A DNA stretch of 64,000 bases, from the NCBI RefSeq assembly GCF_963921235.1, contig NC_086107.1, positions 93,250,001 through 93,314,000 of the forward strand, given 5' to 3'. The stretch's first letter is position 1. Every line of letters begins with the position of its first letter. Under the pieces are notes generated by a model. That model did not search any database. It had not been told where the DNA came from and was given only the letters and a program-made list of their open reading frames with translations. The stretch comes from Mobula hypostoma (lineage: Eukaryota). A program made the translations under genes and the position numbers. Shown here piece after piece: positions 37,790-49,449 of this stretch.

Positions 37790-38949
37790 ACGCGTATACT
37801 TGAGGAGGTAATTGTGTGTGACGACTCTTTTTGCTGAGCAGCTCACAGAGTGCCCCTGCCCACCGCTGGGAAGGGCTGCTGTTTGGCATCGTACTCCAGG
37901 TTTGTCTCATGGTATGAGAAGGATTTGAATCTGTGTTGGGCAAAGTCAGAAAGGTCAAAAACTAAAGATCACAGAGCAAAGCAGAAGTGTCTCAGGTGAA
38001 GGGCGGCTGAGCAGCGAGTGGTTGGAGTCTGGGCTGCACCCTAGGCGAGCTGAAGGAGCAGTCTGTCAGGTACGGTCACCATGGACAAAAGGGAGATAGA
38101 TGTACAAGTACCAGCAAGGAAAGAATTGGCAGGGTGTGGGCAGTGGGTGTTGGAGAGGGATGAGCAGGAATGGTCTTGACTGGAGACACTACAGGCTCAA
38201 TGGGCTGTGACCAGCTGGTGATCCATCTCCACCCTCTCAGGAAAACCACCCAGCTGGATAATAATTTCACTCACATCTGCTGGGAGCTGCACCTCCTGCC
38301 AGTTGAAGCAATTTCTCCACATTTGTTCTCACAAAATCCTTTACAATTTTAATGACTAAAGATTAAAAATTTAACATTAAAGATTGGCTTTATCTGTCAC
38401 ATGTACACACAGTGTTATGTTTTGTCACTTCAGACATTAAAACTAATTCAAAAGAAGACATACAGGTTAACTTTAACTTTGAGTTTATTTTAAGCGAAGC
38501 GCGCACGTATCGCGTGGTAGCGTGATGACGTATGTAATTAATCTATTTGTATCTATTTAATATTTAAACAAACAAGAATGCTTAATCAAGCAATATATGT
38601 ATATACAAGATTACTCATATTACTGAAATATTAAATACACAACATTCCTCCCTGCTTAGCTAGTAACTCCAACTCAACAGGGGAAGCATCTCAATTATAT
38701 ACACAGTAGACTGTATAATGCAGCATAGTCAATTTTAAGTCGTCCCATTCAGGACTAAGATGGAATCGCTGTGGCGGATTTCTTACTCTTGTGGGATAAT
38801 GTTTTTCCTGACGGGGTGGGGGGTGGTCACTCTGTTTGGCAGGTGAGACTTGTGGCTGCGAAACAATCCCCAGCTCTGGGGCCGCCTCCATGGAGATTGT
38901 AGAAGTTGACTCTGAGACCGCAGGAAGTGGTTCTGACAGCTCTAGACAC

Positions 38950-39451
38950 CTTTCTTCTTCTAGTTTGTGCAACTTGATTGTGGGAAGGTGCATTTAGCTC
39001 ACAGAAGTATTCTCTTATTAATCCTTTGCTCCCTTTACGATCTGATCTCTCTTCTTGGTTTCTTCATCCACAATATCATCTGACAAATCCTCTGTTTTCG
39101 TATCTCTGTTGATTCCTTTCTTTTTGGTCTTCCATTCATCCGAGCAGCTTTTTGTCTCCCACTTGTAGTTCATGCAATAACCTTAATACACACAGAGTAG
39201 ATTCTGGCTTTGTATATTCACAAAAGCTGAATGCTTGCAACTTTCCTGAAGCTTCGTGAACTCTCTTCCAGCTTAAAACGAAGCCGCATTTCACAAGCAA
39301 CTGCCTGATTAATATATCAGAAGCTTTCGCAGATATTTTGGCTGTAAAAATTGTTGTAGTCGCACCACTGACTTCATTACTTTCATGATTCCTCTGAGCA
39401 GCTTGGTCCAATATGCTTTCCGACAAGAGGCACAGAGGCTGGCACCAACAA
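38950..39451 (-). pseudogene. RBM25: Processed fragment of RNA-binding motif protein 25 (RRM and downstream charged region), frameshifted
   Basis: Reads LLVPASVPLVGKHIGP / SGATTTIFTAKISAKASDILIRQLLVKCGFVLSWKRVHEASGKLQAFSFCEYTKPESTLCVLRLLHELQVGDKKLL / DEWKTKKKG..DEETKKRDQIVKGA / GLIREYFCELNAPS. This matches RBM25 as I recall it (GPTTTVFVGNISEKASDMLIRQLLAKCGLVLSWKRVQGASGKLQAFGFCEYKEPESTLRALRLLHDLQIGEKKLL..DEWKAKKK..DEETKRRDQMIKGAIEVLIREYSSELNAPS). Three frameshifting deletions. Confidence 0.92.
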
Positions 39452-39753
39452 CTGCTTGTCTTACGCTGAGCAATGGTTCATGGTGGTTCAACACAGCTAC
39501 AGTTGTGGCATCATCCAGTATCTTTCTTCATTCACTTGTATTTGACTCTGTTACAGGGGATGTGGCATGCAAATGGCAGAAAGATCTCCAATCAAGTTAT
39601 AGTTGTCTCAGTTTTTACCGCATTCAAGCTCAATGTGGCTTGTTAGTTGTTGTATTTCACAGTCACGAATATTATTCCCACAGGAGTTAACTTTTCTCCA
39701 GTATAAGCTCTTAGTTGGGTATCTGGAGTCTACAGTTCAGTGTCTTTGAAACG

Positions 39754-40601
39754 TCACAGTGGGAGAAACTAGGAAAGATGGCACCAGAGGTTTTTGTAGA
39801 CCTTCCAGATTGTTAATGAAACAGCTTATTCTTCCTTTCTCGTGCTTTTACTTTCTTTTCGAGGTGGCTGGGGTTCCGTTGGAGTCCATGATCTCCAGTT
39901 ACTGTTCAAGCTGTGGTTCTCCACAAGCGGAGGGTTTTCGCACCAGTCGTGCGGCCTGGCGTTTCGATATCTCCATGAGCGGGCCTGGAAGGCATGCACT
40001 TTCGATGGGTGGTCCCGCAGATGACCCGGTTCCTTGCCAATTTCACTGACTAAAGAAGATCATCAGGGCAGCAGTCAGTGTGCGGTGCTGTCGAAAGAAG
40101 GCATCTATAGCTGAGCGATCTCTCTCTCTCTCTCTCGATGGAGGGTAAGAGTCTGTTGGTCTCTGAGTCAGGAGGCTTGGCACAGTGTCGCAGAAGATTG
40201 CAACTTTAGAACAGTGAGCTGCTGGTCTCCTGTGCTCGTTGTTGAAGGAGTAATCTCTCTCTCCCTCGATGGTGAGAGAAGCCTGTTTGAGAGACTGAAG
40301 TGTTGGGTTATGGACTACAGTTTTTAATGGACTAGATCAAGGTCTATTTGGGGCTTTTGCTTGCATTGTGGGGGTGGGGGTGCTTCTCATTGTGCAAATG
40401 TGTGGAAGAGGAGGGGGAGGATCAATATTTCTGCTGATGCTTATGTGTGAGGGGGGAGATGGTCTTTGGTTTTCTGATATTACTCTCAATCATTCTTTGG
40501 GGTTTCTTGTTTCATGGATGTCTCTGTGAAGAGTAAGAATTTCAGGTTTTATACCACATACATCCTCTGATATTAAATTGAAACATTTGAACCATTTGAA
40601 C
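39754..40601 (+). mobile_element. Non-LTR retroelement 3' segment inserted in the Gypsy protease
   Basis: Splits VIPLNEF / FKDTEL; ends in (CATTTGAAC)n-type tail. Confidence 0.65.
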
Positions 40602-40825
40602 CAAACTCATTTAGTGGAATGACTGAAACAGTCGAATCAGTGTCCAATTCCATTTTAATTAATTTGCCGTTCACTTCTGGTGTAAGCCATATTGCTTGTC
40701 TACTGTTAATTTTCACACTGTGAACCTCGAGGCTACACAGTCCTGTGTCACTCTCGTCACTATCAGATTTTTCATCAACAGCGTACAGATCAATGCTCTT
40801 TTTTGAAATTGCAATTTGACTTTTT

Positions 40826-41090
40826 ACAAACAAGAGTAAATCTGCAGATGCTGGAAAACCAAGCACCACACACAAAATGCTGGAGGAACTCAGCAGGCCA
40901 AGCTGCATGTATGGAAGAGAGCACATTCGACATTTCTGGCTAAGACCCTTTGGCAGGACTGGAGAAGAAAAGCTGAGGAGTAGATTTAGAAGGTGGGGGG
41001 AGGGGAGAGAGAAACACAAGGTGAAACCTGAAGGGAAAGGGATGAAGTAAAGAACTGGGAAGTTGAGTGGTGAAAGAGATACTGGCCTGA
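40826..41090 (-). mobile_element. Penelope terminal-repeat fragment inserted between Gypsy gag and protease
   Basis: Homologous to 25835-26100; decayed hammerhead core at about 40925-40960. Confidence 0.8.
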
Positions 41091-43230
41091 CCTTTTAGCT
41101 ACTTCTCTCCCTGTGCAGTCCATTTATTCCTGTCTGGCCAACATGCTCTTTGTATGTGTGCTACTTTGTGGCACTTTCTGCAGGTTTCGGCTTTAAACCT
41201 GCATTGGTCTGGTGTATGTGAACCCCTGCCACAACTGTAACACAATTTGTTTGGCCAGACTGGTTTCTGTTTAGATGTTGGAATTTTGCTCATGCTCACT
41301 TTCACAGCTGCAACTCAACTGTGTCCGGGCCTGTGGCTTCTATTGAAACAGTGATGTCAACTGCTCTTTTGAATGTGCTTCAGTTAGAAGCTGTTTCTGC
41401 GTGCTTTCTTGCAAGATTCAACGAACTGAATGATCTCTCAATGCATCATTAAGCTCATTACTGAATTGACAATGCTTAGCCAATCTCTTCAATTCAGTCA
41501 CATATGCTGAAATGCACTCCCCCTCTTTTTGATTCTGCTTATGAAACCTAAAACGTTCTGCAGTCAACAATGGCTTCACTTCTAAATGTTCCAACATTAC
41601 TTTAACAATACCAGCAAAGCTCATTTCTACTGGTTTGGTTGAAGCAGTCAAACTTCAAAGCAAGCTGTGTGCCCTTAAGCTCAATGCACTTAGAAAAATT
41701 GCCACTTACTTCTTATTGGCTGTTACATTTGCTTCAAAATACTATTCCAATAGCTCAGTGTACATGAGCCAATTACTCTTGTGTAATCAAACTTGTCAAT
41801 CTTTCCGATGTAGCCAGCCATTGCTGATTTTTTAAAAGATTATTATCACCCGGTAATCACTCTTTATTGTCCCTCTATTCTTCCGTTTATAATCTTTTTT
41901 TACTCCACGTCTCTGCACGTGCTGGGCTGCATCTCTTTACTAGCCATGCTTTGTTTAGTTTGAATGTCTCACGGTGCTTGAACAGGTCAGTAGCCATCCC
42001 GGGATTGTCTTAAAAATACCTCATCTCCAATGATATGTTCTGTAACTTTTAAACATTAAGCTAATTCAAGAAAGTCATGGAAGTCTGACATGTGAGTCTA
42101 ACTTAGTGACTACTTTAAGTGAGGTGCACATGTATCACATAATAGTGTAATGACATATGCAATTATGTATTTTTTAATATAATCCATAATAAATTACTTA
42201 AATAAACAAGAATCTTAATCAAACAAAATATATATGTGCTGGGGGCAGCCCACAAGTGTCGCCATGCTTCAAGTTCCCACAACATGCTAACACTGACCTG
42301 TACATCAAACCCTAACAAAGCATGCCTACAATCCATATGAACGCTGGTCCAGTCAAAATGGCGCCTGCGTACAACATTCCTTCAGCTGACATTTCCTGGA
42401 TAAACCACAAAACCATTTGCTTCACTCCTTTTACATCTGTTTTTCATCATGAATGTGCTTCTGGAACGGCTCGAGCTTGCAGTTTCCAGTTTGGAGATCA
42501 ATTCAGCAATTGAGCACTTTGCTGTCTCTGAGAAGATTCCAGGAAGCAGCAAGAGCAAAGCTCGAGGCAAAGAAACTACAAGACAGGGCGCAAACTGTTG
42601 TTCAACTCCATTTCACCGATTAAAACTTCCATAATAAAATAATACATAATGTATAATAAAAACTATAAATTACAATAAGAAATATATTAAAAATTAAATT
42701 AAACTAGCAATGAAAAAAATAGTGAGGTAGTGTACATGGGTTCATTGTCCATTCAGAAATCTAATGCCAGGGGGGGAGAAACTGTTCCTAAAATGCTGAG
42801 TGTGTGCTTTCAGGATACTGTACCTCCTCCTTGATGGTAGTAATAAGAAGAGAGCATGTCCTGGGTGATGGGGGTCCTTAATGATGGATGCCGCCTTTTT
42901 GAGGCATCATCATCTGAAGATGTCCTCAATGCTGGGGAAGCATATAGGCTGGGTTATTGGTTATATTCTAGGGCTGTGTCTGAGGGGTTATTGGATGATA
43001 GGGCAGTCAAGGGCTATGGGGAACTGGCCTTTTTTCTGAAGCAACCTTACTGAAGATAAGACCATAAGAGCTAGCAGCAGGAGTCAGCTACCTGGCCTGT
43101 TAAGCCTGCTCCGCCATTCAATATGATCATGGCTGAACTGGCCATAGATTCAGCTCCAGCTACCCACCTTTTCGCCATAAACCTTAATTCCCCTGCTGTG
43201 CAAAAATCTTTCTAACTGGGTCTTAAATAT

Positions 43231-43620
43231 GCTCAGTGGCCATTTCATTAGGTACATATGTACCCTTGCTTGTTAATGAAATTATCCAATCAGCCAATCA
43301 TGCGGCAGCAACTCAATGCATAAAAGCATGCAGACATGGTCAAGAGGTTCAGTTGTCGTTCAGACGAAAGATCAGAATGGGGAAGAAATGTGGTATGTGA
43401 CTGTGGAATGATTGTTGGTTCTGGATAGGGTAGTTTGGGTATCTCAGAAGCTGCTGATCTCCTGGGATTTTCACATTCAACAGTCTCGAGAGCTTACAGA
43501 GAATGGTGCATTTTTAAAAACTTATCCAGTGTGCTACAGTTCTGTGTGAGAAAATGCCTTGTTAATAAGAGAGGTCAGAGGAGAATGGCCATTCTGGTTC
43601 AATCTGACAGGAAGGTGACA
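43231..43620 (+). mobile_element. Non-autonomous Tc1/mariner derivative (3'-truncated)
   Basis: CTCAGTGGCCATTTCATTAGGTAC end; GISEAADLLGFSHSTVSRAYREW. Confidence 0.8.
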
Positions 43621-43889
43621 CATCTCGCAATTAAGTGCCAACCATTTTACTTATGAAGAGAGTTCTCCTCCGTGACCCTGACTGCTGTTTATACACTCCC
43701 AAAGACTGGCGTTAGGCAGGCATTTGCAGTTCTGAGCACTACCATCAGCAAACAAGAAACAGCCTGACCAAACACCTTTCTAATCACTGTTAGGTCTTCA
43801 CTCAGAGTCGTTTGAAGAACAATTATCATCAACATTTAACCTGTGGCACCAGGGGACCCAAAACACTTGACCATTAGTATACTATGACT

Positions 43890-46250
43890 ATCAATGCCTA
43901 CCGTTCCTCACTAGCATGCTACAACTAGCAATGCTTACTGTTCCCCACTAGTATACCACAACTAGCAATGCTTACGGTTCCTCACTAGCATGCTACAACT
44001 AGCAATGCTTACTGTTCCCCACTAGTATACCACAACTAGCAATGCCTACTGTTCCCCACTAGTATACCACAACTAGCAATGCTTACTGTTCCTCACTAGT
44101 ATACTACAACTAGCAATGCTTACGGTTCCCCACTAGTATACCGCAACTAGCAATGCTTACTGTTCCCCACTAGTATACCGCAACTAGCAATGCTTACTGT
44201 TCCTCACTAGTATACTACAACTAGCAATGCTTACTGTTCCCCACTAGTATATCACAACTAGCAATGCTTACTGTTCCCCACTAGTATACCACAACTGGTA
44301 ATAGAAACATAGAAACATAGAAAATAGGTGCAGGAGTAGGCCATTCGGCCCTTCGAGCCTGCACCGCCATTTATTATGATCATGGCTGATCATCCAACTC
44401 AGAACCCCACCCCAGCCTTCCCTCCATACCCTCTGACTCCCGTAGCCACAAGGGCCATATCCAACTCCCTCTTAAATATAGCCAATGAACTGGCCTCAAC
44501 TGTTTCCTGTGGCAGAGAATTCCACAGATTCACCACTCTCTGTGTGAAGAAGTTTTTCCTAATCTCGGTCCTAAAAGGCTTCCCCTCTATCCTCAAACTG
44601 TGGCCCCTCATTCTGGACTTCCCCAACATCGGGAACAATCTTCCTGCATATAGCCTGTCCAATCCCTTTAGGATTTTATACGTTTCAATAAGATCTCCCC
44701 TCAATCTTCTAAATTCCAATGAGTATAAGCCTAGTTGATCCAGTCTTTCATCATATGAAAGTCCTGCCATCCCAGGAATCAATCTGGTGAACCTTCTTTG
44801 TACTCCCTCTATGGCAAGGATGTCTTTCTTCAGATTAGGGGACCAAAACTGCACACAATACTCCAGGTGTGGTCTCACCAAGGCCTTGTACAACTGCAGT
44901 AGTACCTCCCTGCTCCTGTACTCGAATCCTCTCACTATAAATGCCAGCATACCATTCGCCTTTTTCACCGCCTGCTGTACCTGCATGCCCACTTTCAATG
45001 ACTGGTGTATAATGACACCCAGGTCTCGTTGCACCTCCCCTTTTCCTAATCGGCCACCATTCAGATAATAATCTGTTTTCCTATTTTTGCCACCAAAGTG
45101 GATAACTTCACATTTATCCACATTAAATTGCATCTGCCATGAATTTGCCCACTCACCCAACCTATCCAAGTCACCCTGCATCCTCTTAGCATCCGCCTCA
45201 CAGCTAACACTGCCACCCAGCGTCGTGTCATCCGCAAACTTGGAGATGCTGCATTCAATTCCCTCACCTAAGTCATTAATATATATTGAAAACAACTGGG
45301 GTCCCAGCACTGAGCCTTGCGGTACCCCACTAGTCACTGCCTGCCATTCTGAAAAGGTCCCGTTTATTCCCACTCTTTGCTTCCTGTCTGCTAACCAATT
45401 CTCCACCCACACCAATACCTTACCCCCAATACCGTGTGCTTTAAGTTTGCACACTAATCTCCTGTGTGGGACCTTGTCAAAAGCCTTTTGAAAATCCAAA
45501 TATACCACATCCACTAATTCTCCCCTATCCACTCTACTAGTTACATCCTCAAAAAATTCTATGAGATTCGTCAGACATGATTTTCCTTTCACAAATCCAT
45601 GCTGACTTTGTCCGATGATTTCACCGCTTTCCAAATGTGCTGTTATCACATCCTTGATAACTGACTCCAGCAGTTTCCCCACCACCGACATTAGGCTAAA
45701 CGGTCTATAATTCCCCAGTTTCTCTCTCCCTCCTTTTTTAAAAAGTGGGGTTACATTAGCCACCCTCCAATCCTCAGGAACTAGTCCAGAATCTAACGAG
45801 TTTTTAAAAATTATCACTAATGCATCCACTATTTCTTGGGCTACTTCCTCAAGCACTCTAGGATGCAGACTATCTGGCCCTGGGGATTTATCTGCCTTCA
45901 ATCCCTTCAATTTACCTAACACCACTTCCCTACTAACATGTATTTCGCTCAGTTCCTCCATCTCACTGGACCCTCTGTCCCCTACTATTTCTGGAAGATT
46001 ATTTATGTCCTTTTTAGTGAAGACAGAACCAAAGTAATTATTCAATTGGTCTGCCATGTCCTTGCTCCCCATAATCAATTCACCTGTAATGCTTACTGTT
46101 CCCCACTAGTATACCACAACTAGTAATGCTTACTGTTCCCCATGAGTATACTACAACTAGCAATGCTTACTGTTCCTCACTAGTATACCACAACTAGCAA
46201 TGCTTACTGTTCCCCACTAGTATACCACAACTAGCAATGCCTACTGTTCC
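43890..46250. repeat. 37-bp minisatellite (about 11 copies at 43890-44302 and 4.5 copies at 46087-46250) split by CR1
   Basis: Unit CTAGCAATGCTTACTGTTCCCCACTAGTATACCACAA in head-to-tail copies. Confidence 0.95.
44303..46086 (-). mobile_element. Young 5'-truncated CR1 LINE with uninterrupted 559-aa RT ORF
   Basis: ORF 44399..46078: KSPGPD, GNYRP, DFQKAFDKVPH, GVPQGSVLGP, KFADDT, with no stops; (CATAGAAA)n tail; GTAAT present at both junctions. Confidence 0.97.
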
Positions 46251-46299
46251 ACGCCTGGACTGCACTTTGAGAAATCTGGTCATTTGGCTGTCCTACATG

Positions 46300-48815
46300 A
46301 ATCTTGGCAGAGGCTGAGGAGAGGCTATGGGATTGCTTCAACTTGGTGGACTGGGCCATGTTCAAGGACTCGTCAGAGTGTCTGAACGAATACACAGCAG
46401 TTATCACAGACTTCATAAAATCAGTCATAGACGAATGTGCTCCTGCAGAATCAAGAGGTCCTTTCCAAAGCAGAAGCCCTGGATGAACCATGAGATCTGT
46501 GATCAGCTGAGGCCAGATCAGTGGCATTCAGGTCTGGTGACCAAGTAAAATACTAGAGGTCCAGGTACGATCTCTAGAGAGACACCTCACATATGAAGTG
46601 GCAATTTCGGGCTAGACTGAATCACTGAAGGATGCTGAGCAGCCCTGGCAGGGTTTGAATCACCTCTTTAAAGGTGAAACCAAGTGACATAGATGATGAC
46701 AGGCTTTGCTCCCAGATGGCTCAATGTCTTTTATGTTCTCCTTGACCATCAAAACATGAAGGCACCTTCATGAACTCCCACAGGCCCAATAACTCTGTGA
46801 TTTTAGTCTTTGAGGCCAACTTGAGAGCATCCTTTAGGAGGGTGAACCCACGGAAAGCACCTAGCCTAGATGGGATACCTGGCTGAGTAATATAGACCTG
46901 TGCTGATCAACTGGCTGGTGTGTTCACCGATATCTTTAACCTCTCGCTTCGGCAGTCTGAAGTGCCAACCTACTTCAAGAAGACTTCAATTATACCGGTG
47001 CCTAATAAGAACATAGTAACCTGCTTCAATGACTATCATCCAGTAGCACTTACATCCACTGTGATGGAGTGTTTTGAGGGTTTGGTGATGAAACATATCA
47101 ACTCCTGCCTGAGAAGCAACTTGGATCTACTCCAATTTGCCTACTGTCACAGTAGACGCCATCTCATTGGCTCTTCACTCAACCCTGGAACATCTGGACA
47201 GCAAAGATGCATACGTCAGGATGCTCTTTATCGACTACAGCTCAGCATTCAATACCATCATCCCCTCAAAACTGATCAATAAGCTCCAACCCCTTAGTCT
47301 CAATACCTCCACTGCAACTGAATTCTCAATTTCCTCACTTTCCCAGTAAGTCTGGATTGGTAACAGCATCTCCTCTACAATCACCATCAGCACAGGTTGT
47401 GTGCTTAGCCCCCTGCTCTACTCATTTTATACTTAGGACTGTAGGCTAAGTACGGCTCCAAGCCATATTTAAGTTTACTGATGACACCACTGTTGTTGGC
47501 TGAATCAAAGGCAGTAACGAATCAACATATAGGAGGGAGATTGAAAATCTGGCTGAGTGGTGCCACGACACCAACCTCTCAGTCAATGTCAGCAAGGCCA
47601 AGGAGCTGATTATTGACGGCAGGAGGAGGAAAGCAGAGGTCCATGAACCAGTCCTCAATGAGGGGATCTGAGGTGGAGAGGGTCAGCAAATGTAAATTCC
47701 TCGGTGTTAGCATTTCAGGGGATCAGTTCTGGGTCCAGCATGAAGAAAGCATGGCAGTGCTTTAAAAGTTTGTGAAGATTTGGCATGTCATCTAAAACTT
47801 TGCCAAACTTCTATAGATACGTGGTGGAGAGTATATTGACAGTTGCATCATGCCTGGTATGGAAACACCAACACCTTTGAATGGAAAAACCTACAAAAAG
47901 TACCCAGTCCATCACGGGTAAAGCCCTCTCCACCATTGAGCACTATCACAGGAAAGCAGCATCCATTATCAAGGGCCCCCACCTTCAAGGTCATGCTCTG
48001 TTCTCACTGTCACCATCAGGAAGAAGGTACATGAGATTCAGGACCCACAGCACCAGGTTCAGGAACAGTTATTACCCCTCAGCCATCAGGAAGGAGGTAC
48101 AGGAGCCTCAGGTCCCACACCACCAGGTTCAGGAACAGTTATTAGCCCTCAACCATCAGGCTATTGAACCAAAAGGGATAACTTCACTCAACTTCACTCG
48201 CCCCATCACTGAACTGTTCCCATAACCTATGGACCCACTTTCAAGGATTCTTCATCTCATGGTCGCAATATTTATTGCTTATTTATTAATTATTATTTTA
48301 TAAATTTTTGTTTCTATTTCTATTTACACAGTTTGTTCTCTTTTGCACTTTGGTTGTTTGTCCATCCTGTTGGATACGGTCGTTCATTGCTTCTATTCTG
48401 TTTCTTGTATTTACTGTGAACGCCAGCAAGAAAATGCTGTATATGGTGACATAAATGTACTTGGGCGCGTGGCCAAGTGGTTAAGGCATTTGACCAGCAA
48501 TCTGAAGGTTGTGAGTTCGAGCCTCAGCCGAGGCAACGTGTTGTACCCTTGAGCAAGGCACTTAGTCACACAGTGCTCTGCGACGACACCAGTGCCAAGC
48601 TGTATGGGTCCTAATGCCCTTCCCTTGGACAACATTGGTGTCGTGGAGAGGGGAGACTTGCAGCATGGCCAACTGCCAGTCTTCCATATAACCTTGCCCA
48701 GGCCTGTGCCCTGGAGAGTGAAGACTTTCCAGGCGCAGATCCATGGTCTCGCAACACTAACGGATGCCTTTTTTTAAAATGTACTTGGATAATAAATTTA
48801 CTTTGAACTTTGAAC
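46300..48815 (+). mobile_element. Degraded Rex1/Babar-like LINE
   Basis: [53 protein letters not shown]; (TTGAAC)n tail at about 48803-48815. Confidence 0.88.
48465..48776 (+). mobile_element. tRNA-derived SINE with CORE-like domain
   Basis: A box TGGCCAAGTGG, B box GAGTTCGAGCC, CCTTGAGCAAGGCACTTA core; 12-bp TSD AAATGTACTTGG at 48453-48464 and 48777-48788. Confidence 0.9.
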
Positions 48816-49449
48816 TTAACTGTTCCTAAATCTGTCGGTGTGGGACCTAAGGCTTCTGTACCTCCTGCCTGATGTTAGGTGCAAGAAAACAGCATGGCCT
48901 GAATTGTTATCACAGTCCTCTCTTTGGAATCTTTCTCTTCCTGAGTTGTCAACTATACTTCCCACATTGCAATGCAGCAGAAGCCCTGCGCAGTCTGGGG
49001 GGTGTGTTGTGGCGTCCTGGAACAATGTGAGTGGTGCTGTGGAATCGCATTCATTTTCCTTTACGTCGACGCCCGACTCTGTCCTGTCAAGTTGGTTGAA
49101 TTACATAAGGATGAATTAAGGAGTGTGAAAGTGACACTTTTTGCAAGGTTTCCAGAAATAACAGACCCGTGATTAACAAAAAAAAATATCAGAAGTAAGT
49201 GACGAAATGGAATTAGTGAAATAAATTATCCAGGGATTTGTGGCTGCCTTTTGCAATAACTCAAACTTTCAAGGCATCTGAGTGGCTGCTTTGCTAATTA
49301 CAGCTCGCTAAAAACTGGCCTCTTGTTCAATTGAAGACTGCTTGCAAACTGCACTTTGCATCCTGATGAGGGAGAGTGGATTGAAGTGGTTGGATTTGAT
49401 TGGCAGCCCAGCTGGCTCTCTGGATGTTCTCTCCCTCCAACCATCTGTG

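Larger units (their letters stand above)
38413..42236 (-). mobile_element. Internally deleted Gypsy LTR retrotransposon carrying an RBM25 fragment
   Basis: 5' LTR 42031-~42236 then PBS-like TGGAGATGAGG; gag AERFRFHKQNQKEGECISAYVTELKRLAKHCQF and knuckles CYSCGRGSH..C / CRKCHKVAH..C; protease MELDTDSTVSVI..LRAYTGEK; integrase tail HYPTRVRNPPQR; polypurine tract AGGGAGGAA; 3' LTR 38413-38644 (TG..CA). Confidence 0.85.

Noticed and set aside
37800..38350. Apparently unique sequence with a possible donor site CAG/GTACGG
   Set aside because: No recognisable product or convincing acceptor; cannot be supported without transcript data.
39136..39426. Functional RBM25 exon or gene
   Set aside because: Three frameshifting deletions, altered RRM motif residues, no introns, and embedding in a retrotransposon.
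43890..44302. 37-bp repeat array resembling CRISPR
   Set aside because: Units are head-to-tail with no unique spacers, there are no cas genes, and the context is vertebrate; it is a minisatellite.
48465..48535. tRNA gene
   Set aside because: A and B boxes belong to a SINE head followed by a SINE body, tail and TSD; the same applies to 31078.
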